Source of the DNA: Isurus oxyrinchus
Lineage: Eukaryota
Assembly (NCBI GenBank): GCA_026770705.1
Contig: JANJGN010000026.1
Coordinates: 36,022,001 to 36,086,000 of the forward strand
Reading direction: 5' to 3'
DNA: 64,000 nt
The notes under the pieces were generated by a model. That model was not told where the DNA came from. It worked only from the letters and a program-made list of their open reading frames with translations, and did no database searches. Positions 62,600 to 64,000 of the stretch are shown one piece after another. The position numbers and the translations under genes are program-made. Each line of letters opens with the position of its first letter. Position 1 is the stretch's first letter.

Positions 62600-63065
62600 A
62601 TGTTGCGCAATATTAACCACTTTTCACGAAAACAATTTCAAGTACACGCCCTCTACTCTGAAAACATCCTCAGCAGAAGGAGTGGAGATCAAGAATGTGG
62701 GAGCCTGCTCCCAGTGCTGACGGTACAGTTGTATGAAATAGAAACCAGCAGTGGTCGCATAACTCAAATTAATGTTCACCGAGTCTCCTTCAAACTGTTG
62801 CACTCTCTCCGGCTCCTGCAAAACAGAGTCTGCAGCATGAATACCTGCAGAAATTTAGAAATAGAAAGCTTTAACTTTTTATGAGAATTTTTTATCACCA
62901 ATTGTTATTAAGTTAAAAGAATATATGCAAATACAGGGAAAAGGCAGTTAAAGGGAAGATTACTGTCTCAGTGTCACCATCAAGATGAAAATTGGGTAAC
63001 TTGTGAGTCTTACCAGTTAAGAGAGCTTCAGCTGCGAGGACTGATTAAAAAGTAACACCCATCAT
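62600..63065 (-). pseudogene. TCR alpha/delta-type V pseudogene (leader 63065-63014, V exon from 62844), 3' end and RSS lost
   Basis: Leader MMGVTF*SVLAAEALLT|gtaaga; acceptor ttctgcag. Exon ADSVLQEPERVQQFEGDSVNINL(C lost)SY..IQL(W lost)YRQHWEQAPTFLI. Confidence 0.8.
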
Positions 63066-63470
63066 GTTCACTGAGCTGATGGTAGATTTGAACAAAATGT
63101 GTTTCACCAGAATTGTTTTAGTTGTTGAGTATTAGCCGGACCTCGCAGCCGATTTGTTCACCCCTGAAAAAGTTAACAGGTGAATGTGTATAGAATATGT
63201 CAACATTTGTGATTAAATATAACCCATGAAACACACACTGAGGATTTTAGCTCAGATTCACCGGGTAGCATGACCAGTATTATCAGTAAAGTACGCAAGG
63301 AACACGTGGTTCCTGATTCGATAGTAAACAGCACGCTGTTTAAAATATGTGGACGCTCGGAGTCTTATGCCAATGGCACTTTTTTTTACCTTTTGGGGAA
63401 CTGAGGGGCGTTTCTCAGCCCTGCGATTGGCTGCTCTCTCAGATATGAAGTCAGCTCTAAACCATTCACT

Positions 63471-63603
63471 TGGATAAAAACAAACAAAACTGGTTACATT
63501 TCCAGTTCTGTCGAAGGATCATGAGGACTCGAAACGTCAACTCTTTTCTTCTCCGCCGATGCTGCCAGACCTGCTGAGTTTTTCCAGGTAATTCTGTTTT
63601 TGT
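63471..63603 (+). mobile_element. 133-bp Penelope-type insertion with 15-bp TSD and variant hammerhead (63504-63542)
   Basis: TCTAAACCATTCACT at 63456-63470 and 63604-63618. Motif AGTT-CTGTCGA-AGGATC-ATGAG-GACTC-GAAA-CGTC-AACT. Confidence 0.8.
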
Positions 63604-64000
63604 TCTAAACCATTCACTGTTGGTTCAGCGTAATATACAGTTGACACTGACCAATCACCTTCCACCGCTGGCTCTTTCTGCCTGTCTTTCTTGTTCCCTT
63701 GCTCTGTCTCACATAATCAATCATTCTGTCTCTTTCTCGCTTTAACTCGCTTTCTTTATAATTCAATGTCTCTATCTTTAGATAGATAGATCTTTCGCTC
63801 TCATTAAGTCATTGGGGATCATCTTGTACTGGTAAAGTGCCGAGTTTAGCCATTCACTATTTTTACCCCAGACACTCTGAAATGTGCTGAGCCTTAGGCC
63901 GCCTTTGAAACTAGGTCACTTTTGAAACTAGTCCCTGACAGATAGGCAGCAGGCCCAGAACCATTACAAATACAGATTGGTTCTGGTATTCACCCGGGGG

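Noticed and set aside
1-64000. D, J or C segments; NAR-TCR or IgH-like (TAILV) V segments
   Set aside because: No 12-RSS with FGxG J motif, no TCR/Ig constant exon, no IgH-type V sequence and no leaderless supporting V were seen. Clear RSSs have 23/24-bp spacers.

Overview
Vertebrate DNA, most likely a shark or ray (inferred from CR1/L2/Deu-SINE content, a GPR139-like gene and shark-type V sequences). The window lies within an antigen-receptor V array, most likely TCR alpha/delta: leader exon + V exon + 23-RSS, CRE/E-box/CTCF-type promoter motifs, and no D, J or C seen. Bases 1-17.2 kb hold two intact V segments in opposite orientations (an inverted duplicate pair), nine V pseudogenes or relics and an orphan leader; another V pseudogene lies at 62.6-63.1 kb. 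The ~45 kb between them is rich in retroelements. It contains a two-exon GPR139/142-like pseudogene, two copies of an atypical P2Y/LPAR-group GPCR (one with a single frameshift) and relics of a repeated cassette (Ig-like exon relic / GPCR / 47-bp minisatellite). Short Penelope-type insertions, several with target-site duplications, carry minimal hammerhead ribozyme motifs. There is one assembly gap (17551-17706). All calls were made by eye; repeat boundaries are approximate.
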